Below, piece by piece: positions 13,110-24,823 of a DNA stretch of 64,000 nucleotides; position 1 is the stretch's first letter; every line of letters begins with the position of its first letter. The position numbers and the translations under genes were made by a program. Source of the DNA: Centroscyllium fabricii. Lineage: Eukaryota. The stretch is taken from contig JBNRSN020000001.1 of assembly GCA_051313645.2 (NCBI GenBank), forward strand, positions 156,922,001 through 156,986,000, in the 5' to 3' direction. Under the pieces are notes generated by a model. That model had not been told where the DNA came from and did not search any database. It saw only the letters and a program-made list of their open reading frames with translations.

Positions 13110-16100
13110 TGTGGTAAACCACTGTTTATATATGTTTGTACCTGTATACATTGTGTGTGTGACCTCCATTGTTTGTACATAGTCTTTCATGTATAGCTTC
13201 TCCGGGCATGCCCGTGCTGACCCCGACTGTGGCTCCTCCTCCCCGGACCCAGGTATAAAGGCGACTGTCTCCCTCCCCCAATCATTCTGGGATCAGTCGA
13301 CTAGCATGGGCATGCTCATGTCTTAGTGAATAAAAGCCTTTAGTTCACTCCTCAACTTCTCGTCTCTGAAGTTATTGAAAAGGCATCAATTTTATTCACT
13401 AAGTTTGCATCATGGAGCAAATGCTGAAACCTGCGACGTTAGAACTAGATCCCCAAGCGCCAGGTGCCTCTAACACTTTTACGCACTGGTTCTCCTGCTT
13501 TGAGGCATACCTCGAAGCCTCCGCCGCGATCGTCCAGGTGGACCGGGACAAACTGCGCCTCCTCAATGCCCGGGTGGGCCCTCAGGTGTACTCGATCATC
13601 GCGGACGCTACGTCCTACACCGAGGCGGTCAGAATCTTGGAGGCCGAATACACCCGGGCACCTAACGTGGTCTACGCCAGACACCTCCTGGTCACCCGAA
13701 AGCAGCAACCCGGGGAATCGAGCGTGGAGTTCCTGCGAGCGCTGAGAGTCCTCTGCCGGGCCTGCAATTGCAGAGCACAGACGGCCGTTGTGCACGCTGA
13801 AAATCTCATCAGGGACGCCTACATCGCCGGCCTCAGGTCAGACTATATCAGGCAGAGACTGTTGGAAAAGGATGGCCTGGACCTGCAGGCGACGGTAGAG
13901 CTTGCGAACTCACTGGACCTGGCGTCCCATAATATGGCCGCCTACAACTCTGACCACGCGGGCACATCGCGGACGCTGCCATCTTGGACGCAGCTGGCCA
14001 CATCGCGACCCGTGGACGAGCTGACAGCGGCGACAACCTCGAAAGGCCCGAAATGTTATTTCTGCGGCCAGGCCCAGCACCCCAGACGGAATTGCCCGGC
14101 AAGGGACGCGACCTGTTCCAAGTGCGGGAAGAAGGGCCACTACGCCAAGGTATGCAGAGCGGCAGCGCAATCGACCCCTAAACCCAGCAGCGCCGCATGT
14201 GGCCCGTGGCGTCAGCCATCTTGGACACAGCCGGCAGCACCATCTTGCACACAGCCCGCCGCGTGGGCGCCCGCGCCATCTTGGACCCAGCCCGCCGCGC
14301 CATCTTGGACACAGCCCGCCGCGTGGGGGCAGCCATCTTGGGACCAGGCCCCAGACCCCTCCACCGACCCGACGGACCCGATCCTGGCCTCAATCACCCT
14401 CGACCAAGACAAGAGTCAACCGCTTAGCAAGTCGATGCAAGCAGGTGAATGGCCGAACTACGGACTGCCTTTTCGACAGCGGGAGTACGGCAAGCGTTGT
14501 ACACCCAGATACGCTTCTCCCTGAGGGTAACACCGGCAAGCAAAAAAATCTCTATGACTTCGAGGTCCGAATCAGCGGACGTCTGCGGTCGCTGCGTAGT
14601 GACCCTGACAGTGCGGGGTGTACACTTCCAAAATTTTAAGCTATTCGTGCTGCTGCAGCTCTGCGCTCCCCTACTGCTGGGCCTTGATTTCCAATGCCAC
14701 CTCCAGAGCATGACAATGGCGTACGGTGGGCCTCTTCCCCTGCTCACGGTCAGCAACCAGCACTTCGCACAGTGCCCACAGCACACTACCTGTGGCCTCT
14801 CGACCCTTAAGATCGCCCCTCCCTCACTCTTCGCCAACCTCACCCTGGACTGCAAGCCCGTCGCCACCAAGAGTAGGCGCTACAGTACCGGGGACAGAGA
14901 TTTTATCAAGTCGGAGGTGAAACGGCTTCTGAGGGAAGGGGTCATCGAGGCTAGTAATAGCCCCAGGAGAGCCCAGGTAGTGGTTGTAAAGACCGGAACC
15001 AAGCACCGAATGGTCATTGACTACAGTCAGACCATTAATCGGTTTACACAACTGGACGCGTAACCCCTCCCCCGCATAGCGGACATGGTGAACCAGATCG
15101 CGCAGTATCGGGTCTTCTCAACCATCGATTTAAAATCGGCGTATCACCAGCTCCCCATCCGCCCAGAGGACCGCCACTATACTGCCTTCGAGGCAGACGG
15201 CCGCCTCTATCACTTCCTTAGGGTTCCATTTGGTGTCACTAACGGGGTCTCAGTCTTCCAAAGGGAGATGGACTGAATGGTGGATCAGTACGGACTGCGG
15301 GCCACTTTCCCGTATCTGGATAATGTCACCATCTGCGGCCACGATCAGCAGGACCATGACACCAACCTCCAGAAATTTCTCCACACCGCCAAAACCCTGA
15401 ACCTGACCTATAACACGGAGAAATGTGTGTTCAGGACAACCCGCCTCACCATCCTCGGCTGTGTTGTGGAGAATGGGGTCATCGGTCCCGACCCGGACCG
15501 CATGCGCCCCCTCCTGGAGCTCCCCTTACCCCACTGCCTCAAGGCCCTGAAAAGGTGCCTGGGGTTCTTTTCCTATTATGCCCAGTGGGTCCCCAACTAC
15601 GCGGACAAAGCCCGCCCACTCATTAAATCGACCTCTTTTCCCCTGTCGGCAGAGGCCCGCATGGCCTTCAGCGGCATCAAACAGGACATCGCAAAGGCCG
15701 CGATGCACGCAGTGGACGAATCCATCCCGTTCCAGGTGGAGAGCGATGCGTCCGACTTCGCCCTGGCCGCCACCCTTAACCAGGCGGGCAGACCCGTGGC
15801 CTTCTCGCGCACCCTCCAGGGCCCCGAGACCCGACACTCTTCCGTTGAGAAGGAGGCCCAGGCCATTGTTGAAGCAGTGCGACACTGGAAGCACTACCTG
15901 GCCGGCAAACGATTTACCCTGCTGACTGACCAACGCTCAGTCGCTTTTATGTTCAACAACAAAGAGCGGGGCAAAATCAAGAACGACAAGAAATTGAGGT
16001 GGAGAATCGAACTCTCCGCCTTCAATTATGATATCTTGTACCGGCCTGGGAAATTCAATGAGCCCCCAGATGCCCTGTCCCGCGGTACATGTGCCAGCGC

Positions 16101-17619
16101 ACAAGTAGACCTTCTCCAGACCCTGCACAACGACCTCTGTCACCCGGGGGTCACCAGGTTTGTTCATTTTATTAAGTCCCACAACCTCCCTTACTCCATC
16201 GAGGAGGTCAGGTCCATGACCAAGAACTGCCAGGTCTGTGCAGAGTGCAAGCCGCACTTCTTTCGGCCGGACTGGGCACACCTGATCAAGGCCACCCGCC
16301 CCTTTGAGCGACTCAGCATCGATTTTAAAGGGCCCCTCCCCTCCTCTAACCGCAACGTGTACTTCCTCAATGTCATTGACGAGTACTCACGTTTCCCCTT
16401 TCGCCATCCCCTGCCCAGACATGACCTCCACGGTCATCAGGGCACTGCACAGCATCCCTGTTCGGGTACCCCAGCTACATCCATAGCGACCGGGGTGCCT
16501 CTTTTATGAGTGACGAGCTGCGTCAGTTTCTGCTCGCCAAGTGCATCGCCACGAGCAGGACTACCAGCTATAACCCCCGGGGGAACGGACAGGTGGAGAG
16601 GGAGAACGCCACCATCTGGAAGGCCACCCTATTAGCCCTGCGGTCTAAGGGCCTCCCAGTCTCCCGCTGGCAGGACGTCCTCCCCGAAGCGCTCCACTCC
16701 ATTCGGTCACTTTTATGTATGGCCACTAACGCCACCCCTCACGAGCGACTTTTTGCCTTCCCCAGGAAGTCGGCTTCAGGGACCTCGCTGCCATCTTGGC
16801 TATCGTCCCCGGGACCCGTCCTGCTCCGGAAACACGTGAGGGGCCATAAGTCGGACCCCCAGGTCGAATGGGTCCATCTCCTCCACGCCAACCCCCAGTA
16901 TGCCTACGTGGCGTACCCTGATGGGTGGGAGGACACGGTGTCCATCAAGGACCTGGCACCCTCGGGTGCCCCCGAGACCACCACGACCCACCAGCCCGCA
17001 CCCCACCCCCCCGCCGCCACCCTCCTGGCACCAGCACCACGGTACGTCATACCCCTCAAGGCACCAGCACCACGGTACGCCCACCCAGCACCTACAGGCA
17101 GCACGGTATGGCCCCCAAACCTACGCACCCGCCGGCCGGACGACAAGTGGGAGAGCGCGCCAGTGACCGTCACCGTAAGGGGCCCCGCATCGGAGCAAGC
17201 ACCGCCGCCGATTCCGCCGCCGCTGACTCCGCCGCCAACTGTACGCCGCTCTACAAGGCAGACCAAACCGCCCGAGAGACTGAACCTTTGATGGTTGCCC
17301 AACATCACACCGCCGGACTTTATTTTAAACAAGGGGTGAATGTGGTAAACCACTGTTTATATATGTTTGTACCTGTATGCATTGTGTGTGTGACCTCCAT
17401 TGTTTGTACATAGTCTTCCATGTATAGCTTGTCCGGGCATGCCCGTGCTGACCCCGCCTGTGGCTCCTCCTCCCCGGACCCAGGTATAAAGGCGACTGTC
17501 TCCCTCCCCCAATCATTCTGGGATCAGTCGACTAGCATGGGCATGCTCATGTCATAGTGAATAAAAGCCTTTAGTTCACTCCTCAACTTCTCGTCTCTGA
17601 AGTTATTGATAAGGCATCA
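13110..17619 (+). mobile_element. Full-length Ty3/Gypsy element B (Mag-like)
   Basis: 279-bp LTRs at 13110-13388 and 17341-17619 with about 6 mismatches. TSD CTCAC. PPT AAGGGGTGAA. Confidence 0.95.
13412..17291 (+). pseudogene. gag-pol of element B, frameshifted and with stops
   Basis: Gag with CYFCGQAQHPRRNCPARDATCSKCGKKGHYAKVC; LFDSGS; YLDN; RNase H and integrase split over several ORFs. Confidence 0.92.
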
Positions 17620-18826
17620 CTCACACTTTCCCCACAATGAACTACATCTGCCAGTTTTGCCCACCCTCTTAATCTATCAATGTCCCTTTACAACTTTCTG
17701 CTCCCATCTACTCTATTTACTGTTCCACCTAACTTAGTGTCATCAGCAAACTTAAACTTACTGCTCTCTATTCCTTCATCCAAGTCATTTATAAATATAG
17801 TGAAAAGCTGCCGCCCCAGTACTGACCCCTGGGGAACACCACTATTCACATCCTTCCAAATTGAGTACATACCCATAGGTAAACTATAAGGTCATTTCTT
17901 TATCAAGCAGCTAAATTTTCTATTGTACTAATAAACATTTAAAATAGTAAGCCATTCTGTTTCAACAGCTAATTCTAAGTTTCAAGACAAGTTTATTACA
18001 GATTACACATTTTAATATTTAAAAAGAAATTTAAAATTTCTCCTATTTATGAAAAGAAATTTCAAACATTCTCATGATGACCTCCTGGAGACCTAGCATG
18101 TCAGAGAGCACTAAACCTGTCAAAGGGAGTGAGCCCACTAGCAGACAGTTCTGCTCTTGTTATATTCAGCATTCTTCGAAGTACTGGATATTGATCTCGG
18201 TGCAATGGTAACATCCCCTTCTAGTCATGTCTATCAATAAGACAACCCAAATCTAAGAGGCCCCTTGCAAAGCTGGCACCGACTGTTGTCATACAAGCTC
18301 TGGCCTGATAGATAAATATATCGGTTTGACATCTACGACCCGGAATTTGCGGTGAGTAATAACAGCGAACAAACAGCATTCGCTGTTATCCCTTTGAAAC
18401 TGACCGCAACCTCAGGATTTAGCGCATGTGCATCCTAACGCGGAAATCCTGATGTCGCAGTCAGTCATTCACTGCTCCAATAATAGGTGTGCCGTGGACC
18501 CCTCGCTCAGCCGCACCCTCCCTCCCCCCCCATTGATGTGGTCACATGAAAATCTACCCCTGGGATCCAATACTAAGGCTGGGGAATTTGAAACCATTCC
18601 AAAATCCTTGCTGGTTCTGAGGCCAGTGTGGAAAATTGAATGTGATTGTAATTTTCATACAGATTTATTTGTAATAGCTACAGAAACCACAATTTAATTT
18701 TGTTATTGGGAGTTTGTGATTTTTCACAAAAAACAAAATCCAGACACAATAAAGTATTACAAAACACATGCAAAATAATTGACAAATAATTAATTTCTAC
18801 CACACTGAAATAATACAACCATTATA

Positions 18827-19210
18827 ATAGAAACTAGGAGCAGGAGTAGGCCATTCGGCCCTTCGAGCCTGCTCCGCCATTCAATGAGATCATGGCTGAT
18901 CATCCAAACCCAGCAGCCCGCCCCTGCCCTCTCCCCATATCCCTCGATCCCTACCGAGCCTACATCGACACCCTATCCCCGTAACCCAACATATTCAATC
19001 CCCCTAACACTAAGGGTCAATTTATCATGGCCAATCAACCTAACCCGCACATCTTTGGACTGTGGGAGGAAACCGGAGCACCCGGAGGAAACCCACGCAG
19101 ACACGGGGAGAATGTGCAAACTCCACACAGATAGTACCCGAGGCTGGATTTGAACCCGGGTCTCCAGTGCTGTGAGACAACAGTGCTAACCACTGTGCCA
19201 CCGTGCCACC
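18827..19210 (-). mobile_element. HE1-type V-SINE
   Basis: tRNA-derived head with A box TGGCACAGTGG and B box GGTTCAAATCC. V-domain GAGTTTGCACATTCTCCCCGTGTCTGCGTGGG. CR1-derived tail. Confidence 0.9.
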
Positions 19211-19591
19211 CATAATGTAGATATAAATAATGTAATATGCCTTTGTAGTCCAGTTTGTTATTCGAAAATAGAAGCAAAGTAGTATTTTTTCAGTGCAAAA
19301 TCTTAATACAGTACACTGCTCTCGAAAACTCCTCCAGTGGGGGGAATTTTCATGTAATGGCGGGAAACTGGCAGAAATTGGGCGGGCCGGGTTTTTGGCC
19401 TGCCCAATTAAGTGGCGCGGATTCCCACGCAATTTTCATGCAACCATCCAATTAATTCCCCACATGTGGGAAGCCTTCCCAATCACCGATTTCCAGTCAG
19501 AAAGTCGCACAGTATGACGTCAGGATTCGGGTTTTCTTTAAAACAACAGCTCTCCTCCTGCACTGCTCAGAGCTCTGAATCCTTCAACAGG

Positions 19592-21600
19592 ATGGCAGAG
19601 CGTGAGGGTGCTGCAGCGGGCAGCGCCAGGAGACGGCCCGCCCCCAAATTTGATGATGCATCCCTCGATGCATTGCTCGAGGGGGCAACTACCCATAGGG
19701 AGGTTCTCTTCCCCTCGTCAGGGAGGAAGAGACCTCCCTCACAGACCAAGGCTGCATGGAAGCAGGTGGCTGAGGGGGTCAACTCCTTGGGCGCAACACC
19801 CTTGACCTTCATCGCACTGCCAGAGTAAGTATTAATCTCCCCTCACCCTCAAACTCATCCCCCTCACCTCTCCTCACCACAACTTCTCTTCACCTCTACC
19901 TTCCTCCACATCCCACTTGCTCATCACCTCCAAGCAACCTTATGCATTCTCCCTCTCTATCTATGCTCACACTCACAGTACTTTCCCTCCATTCAGCCCT
20001 CACACTCCCTCTCACTCTCATGCTTGCTGCACATCTGGAAGCACACGGGAGAGCCTTTGGTCTTGCAGGCTCACTGCATCTTTGTCACCCTACAGCAAAC
20101 TTTGCTGCTCACTCGCTGCTACAACTCCTTCCTTCTCACTCAACCTCCACTTCTCTCCCTCATTGCAGGAAAAGACAGCCGCCAACAAGGGGCACAGCGC
20201 CGGGACCGGAGGAGGACCCCCCAGCATCCAGCAGCTCACCACCTGGGAAGAGGCAGTGCTGGACCTCGTTGGGGAGGGGCAAGCCCCGGGTGTGGGTGAT
20301 GGCGAAGCAGGCAGGCAATCTGGAGCTGGTGACAGCATGGTTTAATTATGTATCTTAAAACTAACATGAGACTGGCACAATGAATGTAAAAGCACTGCAG
20401 AGGCAGCTCTGCTCAGCTCCTGAATGCTATCTGTATGTAATCTTGCTGACATATCTCTAACCTCTGCCTTTACTGCCCCACAGAGCCAGCCGCAGCTGGA
20501 CGCCCAAGCAGAGCTGAGGACGAGGCCGCCCCTGCCCAGTCCTCAGAGGAACCTGCCACCTCTGAGGGTGCACCGTCAGCACCACAGACTCCACCCGGCA
20601 CCAGCGCAGATACTAGCACCTCGGTGGGCCCCCCTAGAGCTACAGATAACTTGTCACTGGGTGATTCAGACAGCACTAGTGAGCGTCAGCAGATTGTGGA
20701 GACAGGGACAGTAGTGCAGGGTCCTAGTCGGAGGGCGCATGACTCTGGCAGCTTAGCTGAGCTGCATGTAGACACAGCGCCTTTGGATCCATCAGGCAGA
20801 GGACACATGATGGGACTCCAGACACAGATGCAGGAGTCTCTGACAGGTTTTGTCTCCCAGGTAGCTACGAGTGTCATGCGAATGGAGGAGTCTGTCGCAA
20901 GCATGAGAAGCAACCTTGCGGAGTCAGTGGCGCATGATCGCATCACCATGGAAAGGATGGCAACCACCATGGAAAGAATGTCGAGCACGATGGAAAGGGT
21001 GGCGACCACCATGGATAGGATAGCGACCGTGGACGAGAGGATGGCCACGGCCATCGAGCACATAAGTCGCCAAGTCACCAGTCTTTCGAAGACATGGGCA
21101 CTGCACACAATAGATACACATCTCCTGAGCAGCGAGTGGCATCTATTGAGCAGATGACCCAGACCTTCCTGGAAGCCACTCTGAGTAGGACTTTCACTTC
21201 AGAAACGGGTCCCCATGGCCCCCCTGAAGTGCAGCAAGGTGCTAATCAGCCACTTGCTGGCGCTAAGGGGGAGGTGACCCATGAGAGGGAGGTTGGTGGT
21301 GCAGCTCAAGGAGGTGGGGGCTCCTCTCCAAGTGTTCCCACGTCCACACCACTGCAGAGCCCTCAGTCAGAGGCCCGCCGGAGTCCCCATGCGCCTGAGA
21401 TGGAAGTCTCATACCCTGCGCAGCCGCAGGAGCAGCAGACTGGTAGCGAGATCCCACCACCTCGCCGCCCCAGAGGACGCCCGCCAAACGTGTCCACACA
21501 GGAGCAGCAGGGCAATCAGCAGGGGACCTCCACATCTGCTGACACCACAGATATAGCACTACGTAGGAGCACTCGTAGAATAACCAGTAAGCACCCTTAG
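19592..21600 (+). pseudogene. Harbinger Myb/SANT DNA-binding protein gene, 3 exons (about 19592-19824, 20169-20328, 20484-21600), frameshifted
   Basis: RPAPKFDDASLDALLEG..REVLF..TKAAWKQVAEGVNS is Myb_DNA-bind_5-like. EKTAANK..TGGGPP..LTTWEEAVL follows. GT-AG sites match the positions in H2. Confidence 0.8.
20948..21052 (+). repeat. 21-bp heptad repeat (MERMATT-like x5)
   Basis: MERMATT MERMSST MERVATT MDRIATV DERMATA in ORF 20624-21157. Confidence 0.85.
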
Positions 21601-22475
21601 GCACAACGGGAGTCACTTGGGTGTTCGTGTAAGTTAGGTCTACCAAATCAGTGGTCACACAGCAGACCACTGAGGTGCCTCCTGATGCAGTTGTCATGTC
21701 TGACATCTTGCGAATGCCCCTTCCACATTGACACCTTATGCAGGCTGGGCAGCAATTGGGCAGGCCTCACAGATATGCAACGATGCTGACGCAACATGGA
21801 AGAAGGACTTGCAGCAGGACGAATGAGTTTCCACAGCACAGTGCAGCTGAATGTTTAGCAGTGAAGGTCCTTGAAACCGGCCTACCCTCATGGGGACGCA
21901 CACCAGCAAACAGAGGGACTGCATGACCGACATGTGGACCAAAGGATGACCAGGTTAAATGAACAAGCCACCTGATGTTTTCGCTACAGCAGCAAACACG
22001 CCTCAGTGCTGAACTTTTACAGGAACAAAACCTTAAACCGATGGAGGTGGCCAAAGAAAAGATGCGCCAACTGTCCAAAGTACCCACGCATCCAACATCA
22101 TCTGGCTTCAAATGGACCCTCACAGCACCTGACCCTGATGGAATGGCCAAGGAGCCATGGTGCCAGCATGCCTCAGCACTGAAACATCAGACAAGATCAG
22201 GTGGGTGAAGAACCACCAGACATCGACCCTCACCGCCCTCCACTACTGCTGCCTCATGTGCGGGTGCGCTGCCCTGGTTTGTCATTATGTGTCACTCTTG
22301 AAAAGGGAGGGGCAGTTCGTGAGAGGGGGGAACATGATTGACAATGGATATGAAGTTGCAACTTCAAAAGTGGACTGGCGGAGGTGCAGCATTGCTGATA
22401 ATGACATTTTGACTGTTTCAACCTGCATGTCTGCATCTGAGATGCCTGGAACATCATTAATGTAGTGAATCATAA

Positions 22476-22874
22476 ACATAGACATAGAAGATAGGAGCAG
22501 GAGTAGGCCATTCGGCCCTTCGAGCCTGCTCCGCCATTCAATGAGATCATGGCTGATCATCCAAACCCAGTACCCTGTCCCTGCCATCTCCCCATATCCC
22601 TCGATCCCTATCGAGCCTGCATCGACACATATCCCACCCTATCACCGTAACCCCACATATTCAATCCCCCTAACAGTAAGGATCAATTTATCCTGGCCAA
22701 TCAACCTAACCCGCACATCTTTGGACTGTGGGAGGAAACCGGAGCACCCGGAGGAAACCCACGCAGACACGGGGAGAATGTGCAAACTCCACACAGATAG
22801 TACCCGAGGCTGGATTTGAACCCGGGTCTCCAGTGCTGTGAGGCAACAGTGCTAACCGCTGTGCCACCGTGCCA
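22476..22874 (-). mobile_element. HE1-type V-SINE inserted inside H1
   Basis: Closely similar to the copy at 18827-19210. Confidence 0.9.
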
Positions 22875-23038
22875 ACTGATAAGTGCTGATCATCAGTTGA
22901 ACAACCCTGCATGTGGCCATGTTTGCTTAATGTATGTACTAAATAGCATGTTGCAGTTGCAACCTTTAATGTTTCTGTGTTCATTATTGCATGTGATGGT
23001 TGGGTGGCACCATGTTCATCAAAGGAATGTGTGGTGCG

Positions 23039-23407
23039 TCAGGGGCGTGGCTGGGGTCGAGCGGCAGCAACCCCGTCCTCCTCCTCCTGTACCTCCTCCT
23101 CTTCCTCTTCCTCCTCCTCATCTGAGGACGGTATGCGAGGAGGCAGGTCTTGGTGAGGAGGTTGCAAGCCATGGTGCTGGGCCATGTTGTGAAGTTGACA
23201 GCATACCAGTACCATTGTGGAGACCCTGTTTGGGGGGTATCTTCTGCGGTGACGTCCTCGGATGCGCCGATGCCTTCTGGCCCATGCTGCCCCCGGAGGG
23301 TCCGCAGGAGCGTCAGGCTCCTGGTGTGGCTGTTGCTGCTGTAGCCGCATCTGCTCCTGGTAGAGATCATGCAATCTCAAAAAGGGAAGGAAGAAAACGG
23401 CTCCCAT
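23039..23407 (-). pseudogene. Harbinger transposase remnant lacking the DDE core
   Basis: RRRYPPNRV joined to STMVLVCCQLHNMA plus the acidic tail. This equals the N- and C-termini of the H2 transposase. Confidence 0.85.
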
Positions 23408-24739
23408 GGCTGTGCTGGCAGCCTCGGCTGAGGAAGCACTGACTGAGGGGGGGGGGGCGGGGGGGGGTGCTTTCCCAGGTCACACTGCAGAAGTGTTTGA
23501 GGAATCAACCTTCCACAGGTGTGCTGAAGGCTCTTGCTAATATCCCGAAGACTGAGACAACAATGTGTTTGGGCAAGCGAATGATGGCTGATTAAATGTC
23601 AGCCCTCATTAAGTGACCAGACACAGATACTCAGCAGTCCCACGCAGTTCACACAAGGGTTTCACCTGGTGGGGTTTATCTTGGCGGGTTTTGTGCGTGA
23701 AACGCACGAAAATGGCGATGGGCCACCAAAATGGCATTACTGATGCCAATTAAGGGCCCTTAACGAGCTAAACAAGCATCCCCACCAGGCGCCGGCGGGA
23801 CGGATTCGGGGCGGCAAAAAAATCCAGACGAAAATTCGAAACCGGCGGGAAATGGGTGAGCTTGGGCGGGAACCAAAAATTTCTAATTTTCATCTCCCGC
23901 CCGCCCAAAACCCCGCCCGCCCGGCCCACGAAAAATCCCCCCTAGTTTCTAGTCCACATAATTTATGTTAATAAAATCTCCAGAGCATCTATTTTTATTT
24001 TACATTTTGTGTTGTATTGCTTTCTGCCATTTAAATAGGATTCTTACCCACCACTTAATGGAAATAAAATAATCTGTAAAGAATATAATTCACAAAAATA
24101 ACCTTTCCAACATGAACATGGGAAGGACAGGAGAGGATAAGTAATCTGAAAGTAACCCTGGCTAAGTGTCTTTAGCAATGAGAATCTGAAAGTACTGCTT
24201 CATTGTCATCTGCCAAAGCAATGGGTATATCATCATGTTGTCAGCCAACATGTTGTATTCCTTTTTCAATTGCAGTAGAGTAGCGAACAAAATGATTCCC
24301 TCCATACCCTGCACAAAGCCTGTAGCCCTGAACATTTCTAGATCCTCAGTAATGTGCAGTGTCTCATCCTCATTGGCTTTTTGTGGCATTTCTGGTGAGC
24401 TGCTGAACTGGCCATGCAATTTTATCGAGGGATACAAATGGCAAATCAGGGAAGTGGTTTGCATACACTCTGTTTCTCATCTTCATCATCTCTGGCCAGC
24501 GGTGTCCTGCAGAATCCAATTAGAATTCTTATCTACAACAAATACAACTTGCATTTCTATAGCTCCTTTAATGTAGTAAAACGTCCCAAGGTGCTCACAG
24601 GAGCGTTAACAAACACAATTGGACAACGAGCCACTTAAGGAGATATTAGGGCAGGTGACCAAAAGCTTGGTCAAAGAGGAAGCCAACCTAAAAGATAAGC
24701 AGTGACTAAATCATTGCAGTACGATGCGAACAGAACTGC

Positions 24740-24823
24740 ACATTGGGTGTTTCTATGCTATTTTCAGTACAGTACTATGAAGTACTAACATAGTACTGAA
24801 AATAGCATAGAAACACCCAATGT
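24740..24823. repeat. Perfect 31-bp inverted repeat with 22-nt spacer
   Basis: ACATTGGGTGTTTCTATGCTATTTTCAGTAC (24740-24770) and its exact reverse complement (24793-24823). Confidence 0.92.

Larger units (their letters stand above)
10431..17880 (-). mobile_element. CR1 LINE 3' half in four pieces (10431-10736, 11806-11999, 12821-13109, 17620-17880), split by three later insertions
   Basis: SGVPQGSVLG..FADDTKLGG, LYRALVRPHLE and RLRGDLIEV, plus the CR1 3' tail AGGGGCTGAATGGCCTACTC. The pieces are colinear across the inserts. Confidence 0.88.
19339..23942. mobile_element. Harbinger DNA transposon H1 (Myb/SANT gene on +, internally deleted transposase on -)
   Basis: TIRs GGGGGGAATTTTCATG / CACGAAAAATCCCCCC and a convergent two-gene layout homologous to H2. 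Confidence 0.85.

Noticed and set aside
13336-13390. Hammerhead ribozyme within the LTR fold
   Set aside because: No conserved CUGANGA and GAAA cores across copies.
19140-19210. tRNA-like sequences (also near 22870, 29275 and 34310)
   Set aside because: They are SINE heads contiguous with V or Deu domains.
23447-23468. G-run or G-quadruplex upstream of the H1 transposase
   Set aside because: A simple homopolymer not present at the equivalent H2 position.
24162-24464. 100-aa minus-strand ORF in unique sequence
   Set aside because: No recognisable motif or consistent splice structure.
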